From Chlorokybus atmophyticus (Eukaryota; Plantae; Mesostigma and Chlorokybus algae), in assembly GCA_009103225.1 (NCBI GenBank), contig RHPI01003603.1:47915-111914 (forward strand): a stretch of DNA of 64,000 bases, given 5' to 3'. Shown here piece after piece: positions 11,033-24,088 of the stretch; the first letter of the stretch is position 1; the number at the start of each line of letters is the position of its first letter. Both the position numbers and the translations under genes were made by a program. The notes under the pieces are model-generated. The model was given only the letters and a program-made list of their open reading frames with translations. It was not told where the DNA came from and made no database searches.

Positions 11033-14000
11033 TCAACCAACCTGTGTTGCAGCATCCCCGACAAACCCCCATTGCACGCTTACACAAGACGACCGCGAGT
11101 CAAATTGCGCCCGCACTTTCACACGAGTGACAATGTCGTTCTTCCCTCCCTCTCGATCTCGACCGTTCTCCCCAACCTCATTGACCGACTTCACACACAT
11201 GGGTGTTGTTGCCAACTTCACTGCTTGCAACCATGGGGAAGGTGCGTTTTCTGTGCAAAAACTAGTTTCAATGAACATGAACAATAGGTAGTCACATGTG
11301 TAGGGCCACATAGCAATCGGGTACCTGCAAGGGGTCCCATCGAGACTACATGTTTAGTGGTTGGGTCCAGGGAGTAGTCCAACCACAACACCAGTGCATG
11401 GCAGCAGCCTGAGATCCGGAACGGCACCTGTGAAATACAACCAATGAGCTTCTCGAGGCTTGGGTGTTCTAATCGATACTAGTTGTGTGCGTTGTCAATG
11501 CATGCACAGCCTTGTACAACTTGCATACCTCCATCGTCCCTTCCGCATCATGCACAGGCCCAGACACGTGCAATTGCAACAGATCAAACCTGTCCGTCAA
11601 CTCCTGCAGCAAAGACAAGAGTGATGACCAGCAGCAAAGCACCCTGTGGCTTCTACATTAATCCATCTTTCACCAAGTGCACACCTTATAGCCCGGGCCG
11701 CACTGCCAAGTCTGCCTTGCCAGATATGGCTCATCTCCCGCACTGATCAGCAATGAATCATCAGTTGATGTCAATGGCTCATAATCTGGTGTCGGTTGGG
11801 TGCCTAAAGCCCCGAGCACACGGTTTGCAATCGAGAGGTCAAAGCCTTGCACGCAAGCAAGCGGCGATCGCGTGCGCCAGAAGGCCTGTCGGGTAGTTGA
11901 TTAAGTAGTTAGTGCTTAACCGAGTGACTTAGTGCTTCAAAAGTACACTGCAAAGGTGAGCGAATCAGATACTGAGTGAGTTTTGGGTTAGCCAACAGAG
12001 GGCTCACCGGCATAGATACAGCAACACCACGTAATGTGGCCGTATATGGGGCAACGACTGGTTTTGCATCTCCAGTCATGGACATAAGTGACTGCAACGC
12101 TGATCTTTGGTACCTGTGATGACAACATCAAATCCCAACATTAACCTGGTTACAAAAGAATGGAACGCACCACATCGCACCACAACACCACATGCTGCAA
12201 GCTCATGAAACTGCTTACCAGAACTGCAGATGATGCCAAGGCAAACCGCCTTCAGCAGCAAGGCAGTATGGCTCCGATAATACAGCCAGTTTTGACATAG
12301 GTTTTCCTTCAAAAACTTGGACCAACTTTGACACAGACTGTACAACCTGCACAGAGCTACTAACATGGTCTCGGCCTGCGGATGCCGCCTCCAGCCCCAA
12401 CCTCAACTGGTGCACTTGTGTTGACAAAGCCACCACATGGCACCGGTCACGTGTTACAGACATTGCCGCCACCGTTGCTGGACAAATCAGACCATCTCCC
12501 AGGCAGATGACACTGTCTATGACGTCTTCCGCTTGGAACTGGAAGCAAGCATACAATTAGCAGAATCAGTGCAGCGCAGCAAACACACACACAAACAGGA
12601 TTGTGTGAGAGTGTGAACATGCGAGCACACACGTGCATGCTCACACTCGGACACTCAATCTTGCGCAAGCCTCCTGTCACTTACCAAATCTCCAATCAAG
12701 CTCGTGTAAGCCTCCTGCCAGCTTCCAACATTCATCTCAGCAATGCGCTGCGGCGAGTTCCACCCGTGAACTCTACACTCTAAGTGTCGATCCACCATCG
12801 CTGCCACACGATCACTGTCTCCCATTCCAAACCTTATGTCAACATTGTTGTGATATGCCCACACCCGTGCTCGGAGCCCTTTGGCCAGGTGGATGAATCG
12901 GCCGCTCGCCAATGAAGGCAAGAGCTGCACACACTGCTTCCAGTGATCTATCCACTCATGGTGATCACGGAAAGCATAGGACAGCGATGTAGATGAGGCT
13001 GATGTTGATACGTAACTTGGAGCTGTTGTGTAGATGACTGTTCCGGCTTTGTCAAGCTGCAGCTCAAACCTGAGCACATGTAATGATTCATGTCAGCCAG
13101 TGAGTCAACCAGTGATTCATTCGATCTATCTACCTCATAGCTTCATAGTAGGAAGGCTCATTTGCTCACGCACCAGTATATGACAGCGTGTGCAAAGCCG
13201 TCTTCAATTACATCCACGCCAATATTGACTGTACGGCCGTCCTCCAAATCGAGCACGCCCTCAGCGAAGTTAACATGTAAGACTGCAAATGGTGCCGTCA
13301 ACTGCACCATCACTACCATCACAATTCAGAGCAATGCTATCAGCCTCAACATCATGCATGCCATGCACACCTGGCGGATGTCTTGCAGTCCATCAACATG
13401 CATCTCGAATGGTCTTGACGTTGTTGCATAATGGTCGCTGTGGCATGCATGACTCGCAAGATAGCCACTCTCCACCACCTGTTGAAGATTGTGCATGGGT
13501 GTGTGAGCGCATGTGAATGCAGTTGCGTATGCATGTGCGTGTCCATAGCAATCATTTGCCAAGCGACAGCAGCATACGTTACTGCTGGCATGCGCGCACG
13601 CTCAACCGCGTGTATGCACGGGTGTGTGAGTAGGTGTCTCAGGTGCGTGATGTGCTTGTAATAGCAGAGGACATGCAAGTGCCATACAGAGCACTGGTGC
13701 AGTTTGCATGCGTGTGAGCACATGTATGCAAGTGCCATACAGAGATGTGCATCCTGCGTGCGTGTAGCAGTAGTACAGTACCACACGTATACCATATAGT
13801 GCAGTCAAACCTGGGCATAGATTGTCGCTGCATGTGGAATCACATTGGCACCCTGCCTCAGGAGCTCGGCTCGTGCATGGGCCACACTTGCAATGACACC
13901 TTCACCAAGGAGGAAGCTATCAAAGATCTCCATCACCTATTGGAACGTCAAATTCCTCACTTGTGATGAGTACTAGCATATGGTTGCGTTGCTGATGGTA

Positions 14001-15060
14001 AACCTACCAATGCGTCTGCTTTATGTGATGTGGTCTGCTCTGTCGACCGTGCAGGGACAATGCCTATGTCACGGCCAATAACAAATCCGTTATTGCTTAC
14101 TATCCGCCTCGCCAGCGCGGCCATGGGCTTCAAGAGTTCATATGCCACCACACTGGGCTGGGAAGTGGTTGACAGCAGTGGGGAGGGTGTTATAGGCGTT
14201 GTTGAGGAGAGGACTCTTCTGGCTGCCAGCATTGCCAAAAGACCCGTTCCCGTGCTGTAGTGCAGATACCAACGTGCGCACATCGTTTGCGGTCAGTACA
14301 GTAAACAAGATAATGACACAATGTTGCATGCAGATGGGATATTGGCTTACCCAATATCAATGACATGGTCACCAGGTTGAATGTCAAGAGCAATGGCTTG
14401 CGCATAAGCTTCGTTGCGAATGTCATCATGTAACCTGCAGTTGATGAACCATAAGCATACCATCCACGCACTGAGACAGCTACATGTGAGCTGCTCACAT
14501 GCACGCACATGTCAAGGTATGCAGGGTTGCTGGCGATAAGGCTTTCGAGGCCAGTAGCATAGCTGTCGTCGGCCATTTTGTCATCGATGCCGTCATCGCC
14601 ACCCACTTCATCAATTGGGACCCATTCGGGGAGGCCAGTTATTAAGTTTAGGCGCTGTAGAAGCAGGCGAGGAGGGCCCTGTCACCATGGATGGGATGTA
14701 AGCCCTTGGGTTAGCTACCTTGGTTCCTCTTATGTCGCAGTTCAGACATATGCAACCAACCAGGCTTGTTGAAGGCAGAGGCACTCAGCAGCACTGTGCA
14801 TGTCAACGGCATGATGCGCATGCACACGATGCGCAAATCACCTGCAGCCCAACACGACAGTGCACATCTGTGTTTTGCTGCAAGTGACATGAAATGCATG
14901 ATGTGGAGTTCAACGGGTATACACACTGTACCTTTGCCAGGACGTTGTCCTCCGCCTCCTCGACCAGCGCCGCTATCTCCCCGCCTGATGGCGGTGGTGA
15001 GATAGACAATGATGATGGCTGTTGAGTCTCTCTTGAAAGAGATTGTCGGGCTGCTTGCAT
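11033..15060 (-). CDS. PRMT7: Protein arginine methyltransferase 7 (tandem PRMT modules), many exons; true 5' end may lie as far up as about 15.9 kb
   Basis: Exons in order: RLNLITGLPEWVPID..NPAYLDM; LHDDIRNEAYAQAI..HVIDIG; TGTGLLAMLAARR (SAM motif I); MEIFDSFLLGEGVIASVAHA (double-E loop); ELQLDKAGTVIYTTAP..WIDHWKQCV; LSEPY..GGLPWHHLQFW; GFDLSIANRVLG..TWQCG; CHALVLWLDYSLD..VSMGP; WLQAVKL; stop at 11033-11035. Collinear with plant PRMT7. Confidence 0.9.
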
Positions 15061-16161
15061 GCTGCCCTTTATCACCTGGCACAAGTAAACCGTACACTAT
15101 CTCGGAGATGGCAGAGACTGCAATGTATGCGACACTCATGTGGTATAAGCATCATGCAGAATCAACCAGGAGAGGTGCGGCGTGCATTGCCTGAAGCTGT
15201 GCGTGACCCACCAAAACTACAGCATGAGCATGAGTGAGTACATTCACCACCAATGCTCGCACAACTGGTGTCACTACATAGCCTCGACGCTGAACTAGCA
15301 GTGCTTAGTTCAATCTGAAGCCAAGAAACGAGTGCAGCATGCACTCGAAGAGCTGAGAAAGGAAAAGCAACAGCAAGCGCACAAAGCCATGCACCTGCTG
15401 CTGCTCTCGCTGCATAAGCGATTGAAACAACACACACACTGACAGACGAATGCAAAGCGTTGACTACTGCGGCTTGCAACAGCCAGTCAGCACTGAACAC
15501 AAGGCGTGCGAAACGTCCAGCGTGCACAAGCATGCATGTGTATGAGCTTGCAATGTGCTCGAGGCTCAGCTAACATTAATGGCGAACCCAGCCTCAACTT
15601 CATAAGACACCGTAACAACCACTCGCTGCATGCACACACGAGCCTTAGCCAGCAATGCATGCTATCGCCAACTGCATTCGCTCACCAACACAAAGACGCT
15701 GCCGCTCACCAGCTCGCATGCTCAAGCGCCCGCTTCAGGCAGCCCGCTGTTGCGCCTCTCCAGCAATGCACTCACAACGTCATTCCCACATCCTCACGAA
15801 CACCGCCGCCTCCGCCGCCCACAACTGCTTTGCGGTTGACACCAGCAACAACAGGGACTATATTGCAAACGGCCACACCAGCAGTGCCATGGTGAGCTCG
15901 GAGCAGTAAGTGCGGCGTGGGCAGCGGCGGCGATGTCGGTGTAGATAGCGTTGGCGTTGCCTTCAGCGCCGCAGCATCTTGCGCTCGAAGCTGAGCTCAG
16001 CTGCAAGGCCAAAGACAAGCCAGGCTAAAATTGAGGTGAAACGTGAAAGCTGCAGCTGAGTGCTGCATGCTGCTGCGGAGGAGGCAGGCGGCGGCGGGGG
16101 TGAGAGTGTTGGGGCTGGGGAGGGGCTAGTTGCAGGGGTTGGTGTAGACTGGTTGGAAGGC

Positions 16162-19100
16162 ATGGGTAAGAAGGGAGGTAAGGCGAAGAAGCCCGGGAAA
16201 GGTCGGGAGAAGACGGAAAAGAAGACCGCCAAGAAGGAGGAGAAGCGAGCGAGGAAGGAGGATCTCAAAACCAAAGGCGATGAGGATGACATAGATGCTA
16301 TCCTGGTAACAGCTGGCCTACTGCGAGGATGTACTTCAATTACTTCACTATCAAATCACTTGTCATGCAGCAAGAGAGTGTTCGCAATTGCATGCTTACT
16401 TCACGTCATCATCTGCGTGCATTGTGCTGCTTGGCAAGCATGTCACGTTCGCAAGACAGCTGAATTCAAACTGTGAGCAATTCAAGACGTACAGGCTTAT
16501 TCTACGTGTTGTGACAATGCATAACAGTCTGCTGAGTGCACAGCCATGCAATCAAATAATCTGCCTTGGATTGCAAAACAAGAAGAAAACTGCGCAAATG
16601 CTGACCAGTGCACAACGCACACAGGCGAGCATCAAGAAGAAGGAGGCGGAACGCGTTGCTGTTGACATTGAAGACAATGTGCCTGCACCCTCCCCGCGCT
16701 GTAACGCAACAGTAAGAGAAAGCCTGCATGAGATATGTATTGTCGGTACTGGTCATTCACGTTGCGTGTGAAACAGTTGACAGTGAACCCCATCAAGGAC
16801 ACAGAACTTGTGCTGTATGGCGGGGAATACTACAACGGTGACAAGGTACACGCTTGTTGTCAACGATTGGGATGTGCATGAATAAGATTTGAACAAGCAA
16901 GATGTGTTGACAAACTTTAACACTCTTGTGGTGCTTACAGACGTATGTGTATGGCGACCTGTATGTGTATAGTATAGACAAAGGCACATGGAGAAAGGTA
17001 TACACAAAGTTATCACACTACCGTCTCATTTTGGTTTTCTTATGGTGCGCTCATCTTCGTTCGCATATGTGTGATGGCAGGTGTCAAGTCCCAGTAGCCC
17101 GCCGCCACGCAGCGGTCACCAAGCTGCTGCATGGAAGAGTTACCTCTTCATCTTTGGAGGGGAGTTCACGTCCCCAAATCAGGAACGTTTCCACCATTAC
17201 AAGGTTGTGCACGCACGCACTCACATTCATTCACGCATGCGTGCGCGCACGCATGCGCACAGACAATGTCTGGAGCATACTGACGAGAGTTGCTGCAGGA
17301 CTTGTGGAGGTTGGATCTGAACACCTGGGCATGGGAAGAGCTCTCGCTTAAGAACGGGCCAACACCGCGCTCGGGCCATCGGATGGCTTTGTACAAACAT
17401 CAACTTTTCTGCTTTGGAGGCTTTTATGATGCGATGCGCGAGGCAAGTGTAGGGTGTACTCTTTTCTGCGCGAAGGGGAGCGAACTCTGTAGAGACAACC
17501 GCAATGTCTGTGCAGGTACGGTACTTCAACGACTTGTTTGTCCTCAACTTGGAGGACATGAAGTGGACCAAAGTTGAAAAGAAGCTCGGCGCGATATCGC
17601 CTTCACCACGCAGCGCTACGCAGCTGTTCACATGTGGGGACACGGTCGGTTAGCGTTTGTAGTTTACTCGTGTCGCCACAACCTGCTTACCGTTAAGAAC
17701 ATAACCACACCGGAACCTTTGTGCTGTCAGCTTTACCTCTATGGCGGCTACTACAAGGACAGCGCAGTGCAGGCGAGCAGCGCAAAAGGCACCAATAGCA
17801 AGAACGCATCTGAAGCAAGCGACAAGGGAGTTGTGTACAGTGATGCTTGGAGTCTTGACCCGCGCACGCTGGAGTGGGACAAGGTGCGTTTTGTGTTGCA
17901 ATGCACATTCCATGCAGAGCAATCATGTCATGTAATTGTAGCTATTGACTGATTGGTCGACAGGTCAAACGCTTGGGGTCTCCTCCTGGTCCTCGTGCGG
18001 GCTTTACCATTGCAGGTGTGACAGCCACATTGTCTTCAGCAGCACATGCTCACCCAATTGCGTAGTTGGTGACAATGTTGCTTGCAGTGCACAAAACCAG
18101 AGCGATCCTCTTCGGGGGTGTGGTTGATGTTGACACGGGGGAGGACATCGAGTCTGTGTTCCAGAATGAGATGTTTGCGTTCCAGGCTGATAATCGCAGA
18201 TGGTGAGCTCACTGGTCATCAACATCGACGTCATGTCCTTGTGGCCCATGCAAATCTATGCACCTATGCAGGTATCCATTTGCTCTGAGAAAGCAGAAGA
18301 CAAAAACTCCTGCAGTTAAAGCTATCCCCATGAAGAAGCCAAACAAGCCTGTCTCAGATGATGATGACAACAAAGAGGACAGCGATGTCGAAGTTGCCGG
18401 GGATAGGATGGATATTGCGGATGCTGAAGTTGATGACGGTGCGGCGCAGTTGCAAGCATTCAGGTCCTGTCATAACTGGTTGCATCGCTGATTGGCTAGT
18501 CTACTTGCTTGCAGACGTTGAAGTTGCTGCAAGCATGCAGAGTCAATCGCTGGTCGAGAACACCAATGCCCCACAAACTGCAGCTCTGCCCGCCGACAAT
18601 GTGGTAGAGCGTTGTGGTATCGTTGGTGCTGGCATGTTGTTGGCATACAAGTTGTTTTCCAAGCGACAATTACACCAAGAAAGGAGACGCAATGCTGTTG
18701 TCGTTTGCAGGTTGCACCCTGCGGCCGCATGAATGCAAATGTGGTAGTAACAGGCAACAACCTGTACTTGTATGGTGGCATCATGGAGATAGGATCACGT
18801 GAAGTGACACTCGACGACATGTGGCGATTGGACTTGAACAAGCTGGACGCTTGGCAGTGCATCAACTCTGTATGTGTGTTGTGCACAAGTCTAGCTGCTT
18901 GAACCGCTTTACAAGCATGACACAGAACTACAACTACATGGTCTTCATGCAGGCAAGTGAGCGCACAGACTGGGTAGAAAGTGAAGAGGAAGATGAGGAC
19001 GAGGACGAGGACGATGACGAGGAGGACGATGATGACGAGGAGGACGAGGACGAGGAGGACGAGGAGGATGAGGATGAAGCAGATGGTAAGGAGGATAAGG

Positions 19101-19882
19101 ACGCAAGAGTAGATCATCACGACGGCAATGAGGTAGATATATCAAAGATTTGCAAGTTTCACTTGCCTGCAACAGGATGCATGTTTTCACACCACTCTTG
19201 GACAGGCTGCACGCATGGCAGTTGAGAATGATGCAGAGGCCAGCGGGAGTGAGGGAGAAGGCGAAGCCAATGCACAAACTAAAGCCTCAGCTGCACGCGC
19301 ACGAGGCGCAGCAGCACGTCGCAAAGGCATCAGGCAAGAAACTTCACTCACGACTGTCTACTAGCATGCTTCTAGCAGCACTCGAGTGCTTGTTTGTGTC
19401 ATTGCGCAGAGAGAAGCTAGAGAAGCTGCGCGCTGAGCTGGGCCTCGGAGATGTGTCGCGCACTCCACAAGCCGGCGAGACTTTGCGAGAGTTCTTCGTG
19501 CGCACAAGTCAACATTGGCAGGTTTGACAAGATTGGTTGACATCACAATGAACACGTGGTATGCCACACCAAGCCCTAGCACATAAGCAAGCCTCACATG
19601 GTTGTTGCATGGCAACGCTGTCGTGCTTGATGCTGTCAATCACAGCAAGAGGTCTGCTGAGTATGCTTTTCGCAGCTGCAAGCGTATGAGATCACCTCGC
19701 ACACGGGCAAGGCGCTGCGGCGCGACGGTTTTGAGCTGGCAGAGGCTCGATACCTAGAGCTGCGGCCTATACTGGACGAGGTTGAGAGGCTGGAGAAGGA
19801 GCAGGAGGAGGAAGAGAAGGAGGCAGAGAAGAGGCGGCATGAGCCAGGTAGCAAGGACAGCAAACGCAAAGGGCGCAGGTAG
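16162..19882 (+). CDS. KLHDC4: Kelch domain-containing protein 4 with acidic tract and C-terminal DUF4110-like domain
   Basis: MGKKGGKAKKPGKGREKTEKKTAKKEEKRAR..EDDIDAIL; PAPSPRCNA; ELVLYGGEYYNG; PPPRSGHQAAAWKSYLFIFGGEFTSPNQERFHHYK; GPTPRSGHRMALYK; PCGRMNANVVVTGNNLYLYGGIME; poly-D/E; RTPQAGETLREFFVRTSQHWQ; TGKALRRDGFELAEARY; TAG at 19880-19882. Confidence 0.95.
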
Positions 19883-20607
19883 CTTATGTGTCATAGCACC
19901 AGACAGTAATCAAGGGAATGCCATGTTGATCATCTTGTGTACTTCATTGATGGTGTGAAGGCATTCGATGCGTGTGCTTGCACTGCTTGCTTGCTCTCAA
20001 AATGCATGTAGCTGTTGATGCTGCGAGTATGACCTAACGTTAAAACACATGTGGGGTAGGCATACGAAGTATACTAATCTTGCCGCATCTCCTTCCATAC
20101 TTATGCACTGCTTTTCTGTTGATTACCCAACCACCTTACGTTTATTTGATGTTGACGAACACTAACAGTTGGCAAGGCAAGGCGTCAATGGCAGCCAAAA
20201 ACAATGGTTAAGGTTTGGTAGAACACAAGTCCGCACAACTTGTGCACAACATGCCCCAAGGTGTTCCAAGGCTGTCAACCAGGTATACTAGCTATGGTAC
20301 ACCATGACAACGACAATATCGATAACGACGACGACACCCTTGTGCTGCGTTATGTAGCACAGTTGACATGTGGGGCAGCATCTCAGGGAGCGCACACGAC
20401 ATGATGTGACAGCCTTGACGTAACAGCGGGTTTTCGTGCTGGACTGTGCAAGTAGTTGCATGCATGCGTAATTACAATCACGTCACTACCTCTGTTGCAG
20501 AAGCCACGCCACCAGCAGAGGCGATGACGAAGCCAAGCCGCCCCTGTTGCGCAATTTCAGCCCAAATACACAGCCAGTGTGCTACAGCTGTTCTGTAACA
20601 GGCGGCG

Positions 20608-22558
20608 ATGAAGGGCGGCTACTGGAGTCAACTGAACGCCGACATTCTAGAGTTGGTGCTGGAGCGTGCAGGATGGCGAGACGCTGTGGCCGCGTCTCAA
20701 GTCTGCCGGTAAGTCCAGCAGCAACAGCACACAGTGAGTTGCCGAGCTGCCACAGCGGCTGAGCAAGGGTGAGAGCGTGTGAGACTACTCGTCTGCTGTA
20801 TGCAGAGTTGGTTGCATGTACATCCCTGCTGTGAGCGTTGCATGTGAATCAGATATCAGTTGCTCAGCTTGATCGGTGATGTGACTGCTGGCTGGAATGG
20901 TAGAGATGCAGTGTGATGGATTTGTGTCATACGCATGCACACACAACTGTCTGAGTCGGTATGGTTGGCTTGCTTCATCACCCAAGAACCAAGTGGGTTG
21001 TGCATAAGAACCAAATGTGTTTGCCTTTTCAGCTCGTTTGTGTGCTGTTCTATACAATGACTGCTGCCAAGCTACACATCGCTCACAGTATGCATTGCGA
21101 GATTGCATGAGCTTAGTACTGTTCCAAAGTTCTGTACTGGCAAGATGTTCAGTCAGCTGCAGGCCATGACTTTTATTCGCTTTTGGTGTGCAAAGCTCAC
21201 AACACTGCGTGCATCAGCAAACGAAATGACATGCCAATTTCTGTGCCAGGCACTGGAACACAGCATCCAAGCATGACAACCTCTGGCGGAAATACTGTGA
21301 GAGAGAATATCCCATTTACACCAAGCGACAGCAACAAAGCCCTAGCTGGCTCGCTGATTGGCGCACGGTCTTCCTTGCTGCGCATTCATTGTCTGGTGAC
21401 ATTGTGCAGCAGCGCAGACATCACCCAACAAAAAAATGTACTTTATATCCACGCAAATTGAAAGCAATACTGGACGTGTGCTTCTGTGGCGCTGACCGCG
21501 TAGTGTCGGCCCGCCTTGGTCGGGGTGGCGTGTGGGAGCTGCATGTGTGTGTGTGTGTGTGGAACCTATTGGATGACAGCTGTGGAACCTATTGGATGAC
21601 AGCTGTTCAAGCATTCCGTGTGGGTTGTTACCCAATAGAGAGGTCTTGGGACGACGAGAAGAGTCACGGATCCCCTACGCCATGACCCGCCTGTACTGGA
21701 ACGGGCAGCTGCTGTTTGTGGCTGTGGACCTTACCTACTTTAGATTGCAGCTTCCTGATAGCCATGCCAACTACCGCTTGGAGGTGTGGGACATCGAGCG
21801 CGCTTCACGTTTAAGGAGTGTCACTACAACGGAGTTGGTGCTGGCTGTCTATGGCAAACAAACACCGTGGTGTGCTGGAAAGGGAGGAGACTCCGGCTGT
21901 GGAGGACACATTTGGACCAGTACAAGGTGTTGCCAGCGCACTTTGTAAAAAAGTTGGTGACTACCCCCTCAAGCCATCTATCGGGCTGAATGCAGCTGAT
22001 GAGAATGAGGTGGGCACACTTTACGAAGACGGTGTAATAGTTTTCAACACCGCCACCGATGACTGCGTTCATGAAGTGGATTATACTGATGCGATGCATC
22101 GTCATGGCGTCAGTGACCACTTGGTGCTGCTCCCCACAGCTTTGGCTGGGATCAATTGCATACCAAGTGATGACTCTCGGTGGCACCCTCCCAGCAAGTT
22201 TCATCTATGGTCCGAGACTGGCGTGAATAGTGTAACTTGCACTCACGAACTTGAGGCCTATGGCGCTCAAGCTGTTTGCAGAACCAGTGGACACATGTTG
22301 TTGTGTTGTTTTGGCGGAGAGAATGCGGCCGATGATGAGGATGAGCGGTTGGCAAAGACATGGCTGCTGTGCAATGGCGCTACAGCCAAAGTGCGTTGGT
22401 TGAGCCGTACGAAGGATGGTGGTGTTGTTAGGTCCACTTGGCTCCAACTAAACGCTCCAGAGACGGAAACTGTCGTATGCAAGTTTGCTATATATGCCAA
22501 CCGCGTGTGCTTTCACAGCGTGAACGGCGGAAGTCTTGAAGTTATAGATGTAGTGTGA
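20608..22558 (+). pseudogene. F-box protein with a probable beta-propeller-like C-terminus, frame-disrupted
   Basis: Exon 20608-20708 MKGGYWSQLNADILELVLERAGWRDAVAASQVCR splices (GT 20709, AG 21249) to HWNTASKHDNLWRKYCEREYP..DWRTVFLAA, a textbook F-box plus following helix. A 23-bp tandem duplication at 21558-21603 shifts the frame. At least one further frame change precedes the 246-aa terminal ORF (21818-22558). Confidence 0.65.
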
Positions 22559-24088
22559 TGAAGGCGTACATGTGTAAAATATATATGCGATGCAAGGAGT
22601 GTGACATGGGACTGGTGCTTGTGTAGTGCTAGTTAGGTGGCGTGATGATGAATAGTCCGTCGGCGAGAGAAAGCTCTTTAATACATAAATACGCATGCTT
22701 GTTTATGTATCGTTATTTATTTATTTATTTTGCACATGGGTGGGCAATCGATGAGTTTGTGCAAACGCAATACGTGCGCTTGTGCGACATTGGCACTGGC
22801 TCCCCAACCATTGATCTATGTGTGACACAGACTGACGCACAACCGTTTGTGTGCATATACTGCACCTTGAATGCTGCCTGCCTTGCTCAGCTGCTAGCAG
22901 ATGGCGCGTGTTCAGCTATATGCTTCTCTGTGACAAGATTCATCAATCGGGCCACATATACACTCAGTCTTAGACACTTCACTTGACAGCCGTTTTTGTT
23001 CAATGTCAAAGCCGGGCCTCGCACTGGCATGCTCAAGTAGAGCGTGCAAGAAACAATATACGCCAGATGCCTTGACAGCTGCTGCTTGTAACGTCATTGA
23101 TTATACCAACAACGCGTCAGGACCACATGTAATCAGAGCACTGCTAGCTTGTAAAAGGGTACATGGGTGTTCTAACGGCACTCGTTGCTGCACTAGCACG
23201 CCACCATCGGTCACACAACCACGGTCACACTGCTCACCCTTTCACAAGTACTACACGCTGTCGTGGTAAGGTTGGGCTGGCAAGCAAGCAGCTGCGCTTG
23301 GCTGCTGGTTGCATGCTTTTGCTATGCTGTGCTGTGCTGTGATAAGACATGCAGTAGCTGGTGGCGTCGAGAGTTGGCCTGCCGGGAAAGGTCAGGCTGC
23401 AAGGGCTACCTGGCTGGCTCGTTGTGTTGGGTGCGTTGCCTGTGTGAAACAAGATCTAAGGCACAACTAGCGGCATGCACAAGGTGTATCGCACCCAACA
23501 GTGCAAGTCACATGCATAGCACACGTGCGTCGCAGACACCAGCCAGTATATACACCACCCGGCTAAGTAGTCACACCAAGCTGTACACTACCTAGCCTAC
23601 TACTCCTACGGCCCACACCCCGTGCACCACACATGCATGACTCATACCCTATGCATGCATGTTCGCCAGCATCATCCGTAAGCTGTCCTAGGCACGAGTG
23701 TGTGCTTTCTGGCAGCCTGCAAGCTTCTGTTCCGCCCACAGCTGCATGTCTAACAGGGCTTGGGCTAGTAGTGAAGGTAGGTAGCCTATCGTAGGTAGTA
23801 GGTGGACAGCCCGGTGGTTAATGTAATTGCTGTCTGCGTGTTTGACACTATGTATGTTGCTTGCCCGTTACACACCATGCATGCTGGCACAGCAGCATAC
23901 CCCATGTGTGTCCACTTTGACACTGTCAAGCACACCTTGCAGGAAACTTCTACGTGCCTCTGTACGCCAACCCGAAATCATATTTGTGCTGATACAGTTC
24001 AAGGGCTCTGGAGAGACATTTCCCTCTCCTTTCCCAACACACGCTGTGAGATTCATGAGACAGCAGGGCAACGTGCCCCTCACAAACA

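Noticed and set aside
23583-23805. Weak CTACTACC/GGTAGTAG inverted similarity
   Set aside because: Low-complexity and poorly aligned; insufficient for a TIR element.
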